DNA of 51,812 nt. Origin: Candidatus Woesearchaeota archaeon CG1_02_57_44. GTDB lineage: Archaea > Nanobdellota > Nanobdellia > Woesearchaeales > CG1-02-57-44. Shown in pieces: positions 8,982 to 19,164 of the stretch (the stretch's first letter is position 1; every line of letters begins with the position of its first letter). The notes beneath the pieces are model-generated. The model saw nothing but the letters and a program-made list of their open reading frames with translations, was not told the origin of the DNA and did no database searches. Both the position numbers and the translations under genes were made by a program. Location of the stretch: contig MNWW01000020.1 in NCBI GenBank assembly GCA_001871415.1, forward strand, positions 1 to 51,812. Direction: 5' to 3'.

Positions 8982-9779
8982 ATGACAGGTGGCGGCTACG
9001 AGGAATCCATGCGGCGCATGCCGTGGCTCAGGCCACAGGACTATTTTGTCGCAGAGCTTCGTGCGCGCCCGGAAGCGGTCTTTGAGGCACGTACTACCCT
9101 CTCCTGGATAATGTGTCGTGGGGTCTACCAGGGCCGGCGTCTGGCAGACCTGGTGCTCGTGCACGAGGATGGCATGGCGACCGCGGTGGAGGTGCTGCCT
9201 GACAGGACCGATAAACAGGCAGCCGTTGAGCATCTGCACCAGACCCGTGATTTCATCGCAGCAGAATTGGGCATCACCGACACGTTGCTCAAAGTGGCCT
9301 ACTATGATGGTGATGTGTTCTCTTATGACATCGTGCCTAACGGGACCATCGGCAACGCCGAAGCGATATGCACTGGTATGCACGCCGGCTACCGCAACGG
9401 CATGCGTCGATACACCACCGGACGGGACATGACCACGCATGCTGAATACCTCGAGGCGTTGGTGACTCGTCTCGACGCTGTCGATGTACAGGACGAAAAG
9501 TGGATAATGCAGGATGGCGTCTGGTTCGAGGAAGGTAGCGTGCATCAGCGCCGGCTGGCGGATCTCGTAGTGGTGCATAAGGACGATTCCGCGACCGCGC
9601 TGGAACTCAAGGGTTCAGGGAAGAAGAACCAGAAAGCGCGCGTGCAATTATTGGACACACAAGAGTTCATACAGGAGCAGTTGGGGCTGAGAGATGTAAC
9701 ACTTCGCATCGTGCACTATCAGCCAAAGGGTCAGTACACCTGGTTCGATGTTGGACTCGACGATACTAGTGAACCCTGA
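8982..9779 (+). CDS. Protein with two tandem PD-(D/E)XK-like nuclease domains
   Basis: Internal repeat RRLADLVLVHEDGMATAVEVL / RRLADLVVVHKDDSATALELK. TATA TTTTTATA upstream. Confidence 0.6.
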   Translation: MTGGGYEESMRRMPWLRPQDYFVAELRARPEAVFEARTTLSWIMCRGVYQGRRLADLVLVHEDGMATAVEVLPDRTDKQAAVEHLHQTRDFIAAELGITDTLLKVAYYDGDVFSYDIVPNGTIGNAEAICTGMHAGYRNGMRRYTTGRDMTTHAEYLEALVTRLDAVDVQDEKWIMQDGVWFEEGSVHQRRLADLVVVHKDDSATALELKGSGKKNQKARVQLLDTQEFIQEQLGLRDVTLRIVHYQPKGQYTWFDVGLDDTSEP

Positions 9780-9785
9780 CGCGCG

Positions 9786-12700
9786 CTAGCGGATCCGCAG
9801 CGTCGCGCTCTTTCCGCTCCCTTCACGCGTCAGCTTTCCCGCCTTCTCGAGCGAGACCACCGCGTCATGCACCTGTCTCTTCGCTGCGGCGGTGGCAGTC
9901 CTGCCGTAGATGCCAGCAATAACATCGCGTGCAAGGTCCTCTTCGGTCATGCTCATGTTGATGGACAATACATCCTGCACAGCCAGTGCGAGCTCTTCTT
10001 TGGGCACCCATTTGAACGCGCGCTGCTGTTCCGTCGACACTCGTACAACCGGCGCGGTGTCGCCGCGCAGCCATACAGAGTGTCCCGAGCGTTGCGCGCC
10101 CATGCGCCGGAGCGTATCCTTGAGCGCTGCCCGCGCAACCTGCGTATTCGCGACGCCAAAGGCACCTCGCACGCGGGAGAGCAGATATTCCTCGTGCACG
10201 ATTCCCTCAGTTTCCAGCACCTGACGCATCACCGCTCCAGACCGTTCAGCAAATCGTGCTTTACCATATCGGGGCAACCTGGCTTGCTGATAGGAGCTGT
10301 AGCGCTCGCGAAGAGGGATCTCCGAGAAGGTCTTGACACTGCGAACCTTCGCGAAGCCGTCCTTGCCAGTGGGGTGTTCTGCTGCATCATCTTTCGATGC
10401 CTCGGCGGTCTGCCGTCTGCCTAAGGATTCCTTGACGCTATCCATCACATGCTCGCGCGAGACGATCCAGTCCTCGCTGTACACGCGGTATAGCGTCCAA
10501 CCCAGCGAGAGCAGCAGCTCATGCCTGACCTTGTCGCGGTCCCGCGCCAATGGCGCAGCGCGGTAGAAGCTGCCATCGCACTCCACGCCAAGAACGTAGC
10601 TGTCGCCTTTCTTATCCTTGAGCGCGAAGTCCAGCCGGTAGCCGCTGCGCCCGACGAGCGTGTCGATCTGATACTGCCTGCGCAGAGCATCATGCACGCT
10701 CTGCTGGAAGTCGTCGAGCAGGAGCGTATCGTCAGTTCTTACACCGTCTCCACGCGTATGCGTCGCTATGCGCTGATGCGCAGCGACTGCACCTCCATGC
10801 CTGACCTGATGCGCGTACGCGAGATAATCATGCAGCACCTTCGGGCCTTGTCCTTTGGCGTGCGCGAGATCCTGCGGCGAAAGCCCGGTGACCATGATGG
10901 TCTTGACCCGCGCCCTGGTCACGGCGACATTCAGCCGCTTGTAGCCGCCTTCCTGATTGAGGGGTCCGAAGTTGAGCGTCAATCGTCCTGCCGCGTCATG
11001 AGCGTAGCCTACGCTGATGATGATGATGTCGCGCTCATCGCCTTGTACCGTCTCCAGGTTCTTGATGAAGGGCTCTTCCGACGATGGATCGATGCTCTCA
11101 TCAAGCGTGACGCCCCTTGCCTCAAGAGCTTCTCGTATCGCGCGTTCCTGCTGTACCGAGAACGCGATGAGGCCGATGCTTGCGTTCTTCTTGCGCTCCT
11201 CGATGAACAGCTCTGCCACCTTCTCGGCTTCCCTGAGGTTCATGCGTGAGCCGCCGCGTTCATACGCGCCTTTCACGTGTACCACAGACACTCCGCCTGC
11301 GCCGCCGCACTGCGGGAACGTGATGAGGCGGCTGTTGTAGAACTGTTGGTTGGAGAACGCGATGAGCCGCTCGTCTCTGCTGCGATAGTGCCAGAGCAAG
11401 GAGAATTCAGGAAATGTCGTCGTGGCTTCGGCCAGGAAGCTGTCCAGGTCATCGATGATTTCTGTCGCGCTGCCAGAACCTGCTCCCGTCGCTATGGTGT
11501 CTTCGTTATCCTTCTGGAAGAAGCTTGTCGGCGGCAGCTGCTGTGTATCCCCCATGATGATGGCTTGCTTTGCCCGCATGAGCGCGGGCAGCGCGTCCTC
11601 AGGCATTATCTGCGAGGCCTCGTCGAAGATGACCATGTCGAACTGTATCTTCTCCGGGTCGATGTACTGGCTGACCGTCAACGGTGACATCATGAAGCAG
11701 GGCTTGAGCGCGAACGCGAGATTGGGCATGCTGGAGAGAAGCGAGCGTATGGGCTTGAGCTTGCGCTTCTTCTCGTGCTCGCGCTTGAGGATAGCCACTT
11801 CAGAGGTGCCGCCGCTGGTGTGATAGTGTTGCTTTGGCTGTGCGGCTTCAATTGTGGCCATGATGCGATAGCGATGCATGTCCCTGACTTTGTGGTCCTC
11901 CTTACGGTAGCGTTCGGCGAGCTCCTTGGGAGCGTTACGCGCGTTTGTGCGCATGACCTGCGCTAGTGCCTGATGATGGTACGCTTTGACAAAGCATGCG
12001 GCGGTCCCTTTTCCAGAAGTGTCTGCTGCCGCGGCATTGACAAACCCTGAAACTTCCGCATCCAGCTTGCCGTAGGTGTCGCGAAACGCGATGCAGTCCG
12101 TCAAGGTGCCAAGCAGGTTCTGGAGCTGGCCAAGTGCAGAACCTGCCGATTTCACGGTAACCAGCGGAAATACTTCTTTGGAAAAGAACCAGTTGACATC
12201 TCCCGCTTTCTGGCGGAATTCACCGACGATGTCCGCGTTCGCCTTGGCAAGGTGCTGGAGGATGGCGTCAGCGCTGCCGAGCGCGCTTGCCTGCTCCCGC
12301 AGGGCTCCTGCCTTCTCCGCCATGCGATGGTACTTGCCGACGACAGAGGCGCTGGTCGCCTGATAGTGCCTGCTCTTCGCGGACTCCTTGCTGATGTCCT
12401 TCTCGATCTGTCGGTGTTCTTCGAGCAGCGAGAACGCGCGTATCCAGGAGCCGTGGCTCATGCGGCGGATAGCGAATGGTCGCAGAGCCGCGCGGGCTGT
12501 CCGGTACTCGGACGAGAACAGTCTGCGCCACCACGGGCATCGCAGGCCGGAGGGCATCTGCTGTGACAGGAATCGCGTGGTCACCATGCTCAGCAGCGAG
12601 GAGCGTAGCGCGGCCTTGCGCTCGTGCAGGGCGTGTAGTCGCGCCAGCCGTGGCTGCTCGTCAGAAATGTTGGTCAGCAGCCAATGCGGTGCCCGTAGGG

Positions 12701-14273
12701 CCTGTAGCTCTCTGCTGATGGACGCGAGCGCCTCCAGTTGGGCAAACGTCGTCGCTTTGCAGGGTAGCCCCTCAATGAACGTGGCAAGCGAACGAAGCGC
12801 CTGTGCAGCGGACGCGAGCGCGTGCTGCATACCGCTCTCGATGCCGCGTCCGCCTTTCTTGAAATGCCAGTAGGGGTTTTCGAATGGGACGCCGATCCGC
12901 TGCATGATCTCGTCGAGCAAGCGCACCTGCTCGAGCATCTGGGCGAATCCGGAAGCGTCGAGTTTGAGCGTACTGGTGAGTGGCTGCTCGATAAGATGGA
13001 CGTGTTCGCGTACCGCGAGGGATCCTCGGAGCTCATAGACCGAGATGTTCCAAGGTTTGCGTGGCTCGCACAGCCACTGGTAGTATTCATTCAGTTCCTT
13101 GGCGAGCCCTTCGTAGGGCGCGAAGGAGTAGCGCATGGCATCATCAGGTATCCTCGGTGACGTGAGCAGCTCCTGCATGAGCTGCTCGATGACGGTCTTT
13201 TTCTGCTCCTTGTAGTTGTGCAGGTTCAGGCAATAGCGTCCCAGCCCTGCCTGTTCCAGGCGCTGGTGCACGACATTAAGCGCCGCCATCTTCTGGCTGA
13301 CAAAGAGGACCTTCTTGCCTTGCAGCATGCTGGCGGCGATGATGTTGGCGACAGTCTGGCTCTTGCCTGTGCCAGGAGGTCCTTGCAGGACGAAGGACAA
13401 TCCTGCTTTGGCCATCTCGATGGCGTGCTTCTGGCTGCTGTCTGCCGGTAGCAGATCGATGCTCTCATCGCGCACCAATGGCTGCTTTTGTTCAAGGCCT
13501 TCTCCTGCGAAGGCCCTGACCAACGGATTCTTCGCGGCGAGTTGCGCGTGCGTGGTGAGGTCGTCGACCATGATGTGCTTCTGGTAGCTGAAGATGTCGA
13601 TGAGCACGCTCTGCTCGAGCGTGCCGTCCAGCGGCGCTATGGCCTTGGCTACAGCGTCGAGATACGCGACCGGGCCGTCGCCCTGCTGCGGCGCATAGGC
13701 GGGCAAGGTGATGCGATGCTCATGGTGGAGTTTCTCACGCAGCGCTGGATTCAGGCCAAGCTCCTCGACAGGCGTGAAGCTGATATCGATGCTATCCTTC
13801 TCGGGGCTACCGCGCGAAAGTTCCAGGGGCTGCAGCAGCACAGGCATCTGCTGCTCTTTGATGGTCACCATGCCGACAGCCGCGAAGCACGTTGAGAGGC
13901 CTTGCTCCTGGAAGTGATCACGTGCTTTCAGGTACAGCCTGGAGACGCGCTTGCGAAGCGCTGCTTGAGCAGGATCATCTGTGTCCTCATTCGTCCGCCT
14001 GTCACCAGAGGATTCCCCTGTTCTTGCTGTCTCCTGCACGACCCATCGTCTGGCCTTGCGCCTTTGCGCGACGCGGATAGGTGTCTCCTGCTCCAGCTCT
14101 TTGATGGCGCCTGCGAGATCAGGGCTGCTGATGCGAAGCGTGCGGGACGTCTCGTGGTAATTGACCAGGTTGTTCCTGCCAGATAGGTCAAGCAGCCGCC
14201 GTTTCCAGTGCTCCAGCTTCTGCGCTGTCTGCGTACTCTGTCCACTGTGCGTGCCCTGCATAACGTGACCCAT
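9786..14273 (-). CDS. DUF4011-SF1 helicase-Vsr-like nuclease (Hhe-like defence protein)
   Basis: WKRRLLDLSGRNNL (DUF4011); helicase motifs GPPGTGKS, DEASQ, GDTQQLPP, HYRS, QGDERD, RLNVAVTRAR; C-terminal D...ECDG...RD...GW nuclease. Confidence 0.88.
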   Translation of the reverse strand: MGHVMQGTHSGQSTQTAQKLEHWKRRLLDLSGRNNLVNYHETSRTLRISSPDLAGAIKELEQETPIRVAQRRKARRWVVQETARTGESSGDRRTNEDTDDPAQAALRKRVSRLYLKARDHFQEQGLSTCFAAVGMVTIKEQQMPVLLQPLELSRGSPEKDSIDISFTPVEELGLNPALREKLHHEHRITLPAYAPQQGDGPVAYLDAVAKAIAPLDGTLEQSVLIDIFSYQKHIMVDDLTTHAQLAAKNPLVRAFAGEGLEQKQPLVRDESIDLLPADSSQKHAIEMAKAGLSFVLQGPPGTGKSQTVANIIAASMLQGKKVLFVSQKMAALNVVHQRLEQAGLGRYCLNLHNYKEQKKTVIEQLMQELLTSPRIPDDAMRYSFAPYEGLAKELNEYYQWLCEPRKPWNISVYELRGSLAVREHVHLIEQPLTSTLKLDASGFAQMLEQVRLLDEIMQRIGVPFENPYWHFKKGGRGIESGMQHALASAAQALRSLATFIEGLPCKATTFAQLEALASISRELQALRAPHWLLTNISDEQPRLARLHALHERKAALRSSLLSMVTTRFLSQQMPSGLRCPWWRRLFSSEYRTARAALRPFAIRRMSHGSWIRAFSLLEEHRQIEKDISKESAKSRHYQATSASVVGKYHRMAEKAGALREQASALGSADAILQHLAKANADIVGEFRQKAGDVNWFFSKEVFPLVTVKSAGSALGQLQNLLGTLTDCIAFRDTYGKLDAEVSGFVNAAAADTSGKGTAACFVKAYHHQALAQVMRTNARNAPKELAERYRKEDHKVRDMHRYRIMATIEAAQPKQHYHTSGGTSEVAILKREHEKKRKLKPIRSLLSSMPNLAFALKPCFMMSPLTVSQYIDPEKIQFDMVIFDEASQIMPEDALPALMRAKQAIIMGDTQQLPPTSFFQKDNEDTIATGAGSGSATEIIDDLDSFLAEATTTFPEFSLLWHYRSRDERLIAFSNQQFYNSRLITFPQCGGAGGVSVVHVKGAYERGGSRMNLREAEKVAELFIEERKKNASIGLIAFSVQQERAIREALEARGVTLDESIDPSSEEPFIKNLETVQGDERDIIIISVGYAHDAAGRLTLNFGPLNQEGGYKRLNVAVTRARVKTIMVTGLSPQDLAHAKGQGPKVLHDYLAYAHQVRHGGAVAAHQRIATHTRGDGVRTDDTLLLDDFQQSVHDALRRQYQIDTLVGRSGYRLDFALKDKKGDSYVLGVECDGSFYRAAPLARDRDKVRHELLLSLGWTLYRVYSEDWIVSREHVMDSVKESLGRRQTAEASKDDAAEHPTGKDGFAKVRSVKTFSEIPLRERYSSYQQARLPRYGKARFAERSGAVMRQVLETEGIVHEEYLLSRVRGAFGVANTQVARAALKDTLRRMGAQRSGHSVWLRGDTAPVVRVSTEQQRAFKWVPKEELALAVQDVLSINMSMTEEDLARDVIAGIYGRTATAAAKRQVHDAVVSLEKAGKLTREGSGKSATLRIR

Positions 14274-14282
14274 GGCGCACTC

Positions 14283-14651
14283 TTATTTATGCTTTTGCTG
14301 CTGCCTGTCGAGCCACACGCGCTTGAACCACGGGAGGCTGGTGGTGCTGAGCAGATACGCCGCCGCAGGCACCAGGCTGCTCAGATACGGCGTAGGGAGT
14401 TTTGCTGCGAGAAAGAAGCTGACCACGACAAGGTAGGTCATGGCAGTGACCATCAGCCGTCGCAGTCCTGAAGTCTCCCATGCCTTGTCGAGCTCAACCC
14501 GCGTGTTGCGCTCCTTGATATGCGCGATGTCCTGCTCAAGAAGCCGTAGGCGGGTTTGCTGCTGTTGCGTTGATGCTATCGGGGCCTGCTGCTGTTTTGT
14601 TGGCGCTGCTGATGCGTGTTGAGGGTGTTGTGTTGGTGAAGGTGTTTTCAT
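14283..14651 (-). CDS. Small membrane protein
   Basis: IKERNTRVELDKAWETS followed by two hydrophobic helices. Confidence 0.7.
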   Translation of the reverse strand: MKTPSPTQHPQHASAAPTKQQQAPIASTQQQQTRLRLLEQDIAHIKERNTRVELDKAWETSGLRRLMVTAMTYLVVVSFFLAAKLPTPYLSSLVPAAAYLLSTTSLPWFKRVWLDRQQQKHK

Positions 14652-14660
14652 GGTGTTCGC

Positions 14661-15422
14661 TTATAGGTTTTCTTTTGTCATTTTATTTACTATAACTCTC
14701 TTAGTGACCAGATAGGCAATGAATGTGCCCACGAGGGCGCTGGCGAAATGTACTACTATCGCCGGTTGGTATATGTCAGGCCGGAACATGACCGGCGGGG
14801 CGATGAGCGCAATGGTGTAGACTAGTCTGCCTGCCTTGCCTTTTGGGGTCCAGGACTGTATCTGCGGCAGTCGTGATGCGAGGGCGATAAATCCTGCGGC
14901 AACTATCCATAATGCCAGAGTGCGATGCCACGCTGAGAGTACCAGCAATCCCAGCAGGAAGCTTGCCGTGAGATACAGGACAAAGAACATCAGCGCAAGG
15001 GTGCCACCCGTGCCGGCGTACGCGACCGTGGCCCAGAACCAGCCTGCAAGGAATCCGGAACTTCCCACACCCAAGGGTATATCCGCAAGAGCGAAGGGGG
15101 GGAACAACATAAAGGTGGTGATGGGCACGAGCGCGATGATGAGGATGTTTCCGATGAGCATGTGCCTGCCGATGCCGAGCTCTCTGGCGAGCAGGAACTG
15201 CAGGATGCCCAGGATGATGAATAAAAAGGCGTTGCGCAGGTAGTGATCTGTGCGAAAGTGCGTGACGCTGGCAGTATAGGCTTTTACTAGACGGGGATTA
15301 TCGGCATCAAGGGCCAACTGCTCGCGTGTGCTCAGGGGCAATAGGAACACGACGCCGATGAGTAGCCAGATGACGATGATGGGGATCATCCCCAGCAGCG
15401 CGTTTTTAGTGTTGATATCCAT
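14661..15422 (-). CDS. Rhomboid-family intramembrane serine protease
   Basis: Multiple TM helices, HF..DHYLRN, catalytic GSSG and C-terminal VHFASALVG. Confidence 0.7.
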   Translation of the reverse strand: MDINTKNALLGMIPIIVIWLLIGVVFLLPLSTREQLALDADNPRLVKAYTASVTHFRTDHYLRNAFLFIILGILQFLLARELGIGRHMLIGNILIIALVPITTFMLFPPFALADIPLGVGSSGFLAGWFWATVAYAGTGGTLALMFFVLYLTASFLLGLLVLSAWHRTLALWIVAAGFIALASRLPQIQSWTPKGKAGRLVYTIALIAPPVMFRPDIYQPAIVVHFASALVGTFIAYLVTKRVIVNKMTKENL

Positions 15423-15429
15423 GTCAGGT

Positions 15430-16245
15430 TCATCTCGAGAAATTCCATCCCCTGTCGCGGTAGCGTGACTTCGCCAGCGCTTCTGCCCGCGAGAGCTCTT
15501 GCGCTGTCCACGAACCTATCTGGCATTGCTTGTCTCGCGTCAGTCCTATCAGCAAGGCTCGGGTCACATCCTCTCTGCTGACCGCATCCACGTCGATATG
15601 GTCAAGCACGCGCGTGACGCGTTTCTTGACTGAGGTGATGAGCTTGTCCGCTATCTTCTCCTGCCCGACGCGCAGCAGCGAGAACATCCTGTCCACATCG
15701 ACGTCGTAGAGGAGGGTGCCATGCTGCAGCAGCACGCCGCCGCGACGTGTCTGCGCGTTGCCCGATATCTTCTTGTCCCCGACCATGATGTCATTGATGG
15801 GAGAGAACTGAGCGCTGATGCCCAGCTCTGCAAGACCATCGATGACCCATCCGCAGATGAGCTGGTAGGATTCTGTGATGCCGGAGAACCACGACGATGG
15901 CGCGATGACGCTGTAGGTTATCTCGCCGTCATGGTCGTGGTACACAGCGCCGCCGCCGGTGCGCCGTCGCACATAGTCGACGCCGAGCGCGTCGCAGCGT
16001 TCAGTGGCGATCTCTGCGCGCATGCTCTGGAAGCATCCGATGCTGACCGCGCTGGGCTGCCAGCGATAGAGACGGATGGTCGCGATGCCTCCTGCCGCGA
16101 CCTGTTCGCTGCAGGCTTCATCAAGCGCCATGTTCAGGAACGCGTCATGGGTCTCCAGTGGTATGATACGCCAGGGTCCGCTGCTCATGGCGGAGGTCAC
16201 GTCCTGGGAGTCATGCGATCGTGGGTTGTGTTCTAGAGCGTTCAT
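15430..16245 (-). CDS. lplA: Lipoate-protein ligase, catalytic subunit
   Basis: NMALDE, RRRTGGGAVYHD, NDI..GDKKISGNAQ and QHGTLL motifs. The start overlaps the lplB stop (TGATG). Confidence 0.92.
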   Translation of the reverse strand: MNALEHNPRSHDSQDVTSAMSSGPWRIIPLETHDAFLNMALDEACSEQVAAGGIATIRLYRWQPSAVSIGCFQSMRAEIATERCDALGVDYVRRRTGGGAVYHDHDGEITYSVIAPSSWFSGITESYQLICGWVIDGLAELGISAQFSPINDIMVGDKKISGNAQTRRGGVLLQHGTLLYDVDVDRMFSLLRVGQEKIADKLITSVKKRVTRVLDHIDVDAVSREDVTRALLIGLTRDKQCQIGSWTAQELSRAEALAKSRYRDRGWNFSR

Positions 16246-16598
16246 CAGAAATCCTCCTTCGCGTGCGCAGCGCCGTGCGCATGGTTTCCGCTGGCATCGT
16301 CTATCGACGCCAGCACGAACCACTCAGCGATGGCTTCAGGAGTGATGCCTACCATGGTGATGTTCTCCTCTTGGGCTATGCGGGCAAGCGACGCCCTGAT
16401 GGGTGCGACAGCGTCTGAGGAGATGGCGCTATGACCCTTGTCGTGTGCGTCAACCAGAATCGTGCTGAGAGCGTCCTCCAGCAAGGGCAGCTTCTCTTCA
16501 GGGTGCAGGAAGAAATCTCCTGTGATAATCGCTCTGCCCTGCTCGATCGTCACCGTCAGCAGCTTGCCGCCAGGAACCTTACGGGTATGCTGTCCCAT
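16245..16598 (-). CDS. lplB: Lipoate-protein ligase accessory subunit (stand-alone C-terminal domain)
   Basis: KVPGGKLL and ITGDFFLHPEE motifs; coupled to lplA. Confidence 0.8.
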   Translation of the reverse strand: MGQHTRKVPGGKLLTVTIEQGRAIITGDFFLHPEEKLPLLEDALSTILVDAHDKGHSAISSDAVAPIRASLARIAQEENITMVGITPEAIAEWFVLASIDDASGNHAHGAAHAKEDF

Positions 16599-16737
16599 GC
16601 AGGGGGATGCCACGACGACGCTTATTAATGTTTCTGGCGACGATGGCAGAGGGTATGGACGGCGACGATGGGAGGGCGTCCACCGGACAGTCCTAGACGA
16701 TCAGCACCTGTGCTCTGCCAGGAAGCGGTGTAAGCGA

Positions 16738-17763
16738 TTATACGACGAGAATCTGTTTTGACAAGGATTTATGCACATACACGGTCTCATTGACCTTGAC
16801 GTTCAGGCCTGCTTTCTTGGCGATAAGATGCGCTCTCGCCCAGTCTGGCAGCAGCAGCGCTGCGCGCCGGTAGCGCGATGTGGCGAGCCTGCGGAAGAAC
16901 TCAAGGTAGAGCTCTTCAGGTTGCATGGTGACTCTGGTGCTCTGGCCGAAAGGAAACTCGGACGCGATGAAATCATCATACGTCCTGTTGAGCGCATCCT
17001 GCTGTGTGACCGTCACGCTGGTGTTGCGCAGGTTCTGTCGCGCCTTGTCCAGCATGCGCGTATCGATGTCGCTGCCTTCAGCGCGAAAGCCCGCGAGGAT
17101 GGCTTCCAGCAGGATGCCTCCCGTGCCGCAGAAGGGATCGACGATGAGCTGATTGTGCTTGGCGCCCGTCAGGTTGACAAGGCAGCGAAGCAGTTTCGCG
17201 TCCGACGAGACAGGTGCGAAGCCGGAGCGCAAGGAGGGGTGCCTGGCAGCGAACCCATCTCCGGTCGTCTCGGGTTGCTTGAAGGTCTCAACGCCGATGG
17301 TGCACATGCGGCCCTGGATGATGAACGTCAGGATGCGACCGTCGCGGGCCAGTGTGGAATCAACGTGCTTGAGCAGGTCCGCGGTAGTAGGCTCTCTGAT
17401 GGGCGCGTTGCGCATTGCCCGCTCAGGCTGCCTCAGCCTTGCGGCCGTGCGGCTCTTTGGCGCTGCCGGGGGATCCGCTGCAGGGCTCGCGATGCCTCCA
17501 AGCTTTTCCACCCACACAGGTCCTTTGACTTTGATAGTGCCAAGCTGCGCTAGTGGCCGTCGTCCGAGCACCTGAAATCCTCGCAGGGTATAAGCCAGGC
17601 GCTGCAGGATCTCTGGTCGTATCGGTGTTTCTGTGAGCGCGAGGCGTCCATCGCGATGGACTTCTTGTCCGCTGGCCGCGTGCAGCTCAGCTGCCGCGAG
17701 CATAGGGTGAGATCCGCTGAGCCAGTAGGCGTGCAGGCCTCGGGGTTTGGGAGCAGGGCGCAT
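16738..17763 (-). CDS. tRNA (guanine-10-N2) methyltransferase, Trm11/TrmG10 family
   Basis: DPFCGTGGILLEA, GSDID and C-terminal YVHKSLSK motifs. Confidence 0.8.
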   Translation of the reverse strand: MRPAPKPRGLHAYWLSGSHPMLAAAELHAASGQEVHRDGRLALTETPIRPEILQRLAYTLRGFQVLGRRPLAQLGTIKVKGPVWVEKLGGIASPAADPPAAPKSRTAARLRQPERAMRNAPIREPTTADLLKHVDSTLARDGRILTFIIQGRMCTIGVETFKQPETTGDGFAARHPSLRSGFAPVSSDAKLLRCLVNLTGAKHNQLIVDPFCGTGGILLEAILAGFRAEGSDIDTRMLDKARQNLRNTSVTVTQQDALNRTYDDFIASEFPFGQSTRVTMQPEELYLEFFRRLATSRYRRAALLLPDWARAHLIAKKAGLNVKVNETVYVHKSLSKQILVV

Positions 17764-17905
17764 GGATAGTGCATGTTCCTTGGTTACGGGACTCCTTGGA
17801 GCCTGCGTGATGCGACTCGGGATGATGGTCATAGGTCTAGGAATGATGCCGATGCTGTTAAAGCTTGCCAAAACATTTATGAATCTGTCCGGCCGCCTTT
17901 TTCAG

Positions 17906-18310
17906 ATGCGTGGAAGGCCAAGACGAAGCGTCATCAGGCAGAACATGGTGGACATGCTGGCGCAGTTGGGCTCAGCGCATGGCTACGCGCTGTGGCGTGA
18001 GTATTGCAAGCAGTATCCAAAGGTCTCCCAGCGCTCCATCTATTATCATTTGCAAAGAGGGCTGGAAACAGGTGAGTTCCGTATAGCATCGGTCAAGGAG
18101 GAGGAAGGGGACTACACCTGGGGCGCGAGTGCCAAGCGCACCTACTTCGCGCTGGGGGTGCGCGCAGAGCCCATGCCTCTGCCATTCAGCAAGCAGCAAG
18201 GCAAGCGCGCCAAATCGTCTGCCGAGGAAGTGCAGGCGGGGGCTTCTGAGGGGCGCAGCGCGGCAGCGTCCGGAAGGCAGCGGGTGCGGAGCGACGGTGA
18301 TGCGCCATGA
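17906..18310 (+). CDS. Winged-helix protein (conserved hypothetical)
   Basis: MRGRP..S.IRQN..HGY...SQRSIYYHL..G HTH-like pattern; EEGDYTWG. Confidence 0.7.
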   Translation: MRGRPRRSVIRQNMVDMLAQLGSAHGYALWREYCKQYPKVSQRSIYYHLQRGLETGEFRIASVKEEEGDYTWGASAKRTYFALGVRAEPMPLPFSKQQGKRAKSSAEEVQAGASEGRSAAASGRQRVRSDGDAP

Positions 18311-19116
18311 CGCATCCATCCGGCGCCTACTACGACGCTACTGCGGCGAGCTATGATTATGACTATAGTACCCCCTACTGGCAGCTCTACTACGACCTGA
18401 CCTGGCGCAATATGCGCGAGCACATGCCCGCGTCTGGCAGGATCCTTGATGCTGGTGGCGGCACTGGCATATTCGCGCTGCGCATGGCGAAAGCCGGCTA
18501 TGACGTGACGCTTGTCGACGTGAGTGACGGCATGCTGGACGTGGCGCGCCGCAAGGCCAAGGACCAGAGCATCCGTGTGCGTATCCTGCGCCAGGACGTC
18601 TGCTCTATGGATGCGCTGCAGGACAATGCCTATGACGTCATCATCTGTCAAGGCGACGTGCTCTCCTATTGCGGCGATCATGGCAAGGCCATCGCCGAGC
18701 TGGTGCGTGTGGCCAGGCCTGGCGCGGTCATCATCGCGTCAGTCGACAACATCTATCCCAGTATCAGGCATGCCCTGGAGACCTGCAATGGGGCGGGCCT
18801 TGATGACGTGCGTCTGCTCCTCGAGAAAGGCATGACGTCATATTTTGGCAGATTCCCTGTCAAGACCTTCCACGCCGACGAGCTGCGTGACTGCTTTCGC
18901 AAAGCAGGGTGTACGGTCAAGTCCCTCATCGGCAAGCCCGTGCTGCTCGGGTTCATGAAGCGCAAGGACGCGGACAACATGCTCCTGGACCAGCGCTTCT
19001 ATGAGCAGATGCTCGCCTTGGAGCTGGAGTACTGCCGCAGGGAGCCCTACAACCTGTTCGGCGGTCACCTGGAGATCGTCGCGATGAAAGAAGGGACGCT
19101 GCGCGGGTTCCTGTGA
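18307..19116 (+). CDS. Class I SAM-dependent methyltransferase
   Basis: ILDAGGGTG, VDVSDGML and ELVRVARPG motifs. Confidence 0.9.
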   Translation: MTHPSGAYYDATAASYDYDYSTPYWQLYYDLTWRNMREHMPASGRILDAGGGTGIFALRMAKAGYDVTLVDVSDGMLDVARRKAKDQSIRVRILRQDVCSMDALQDNAYDVIICQGDVLSYCGDHGKAIAELVRVARPGAVIIASVDNIYPSIRHALETCNGAGLDDVRLLLEKGMTSYFGRFPVKTFHADELRDCFRKAGCTVKSLIGKPVLLGFMKRKDADNMLLDQRFYEQMLALELEYCRREPYNLFGGHLEIVAMKEGTLRGFL

Positions 19117-19164
19117 ATCCGTAGGTGTCGGTGAATCGTATGGATCACTATCGTTGTATTCTTT

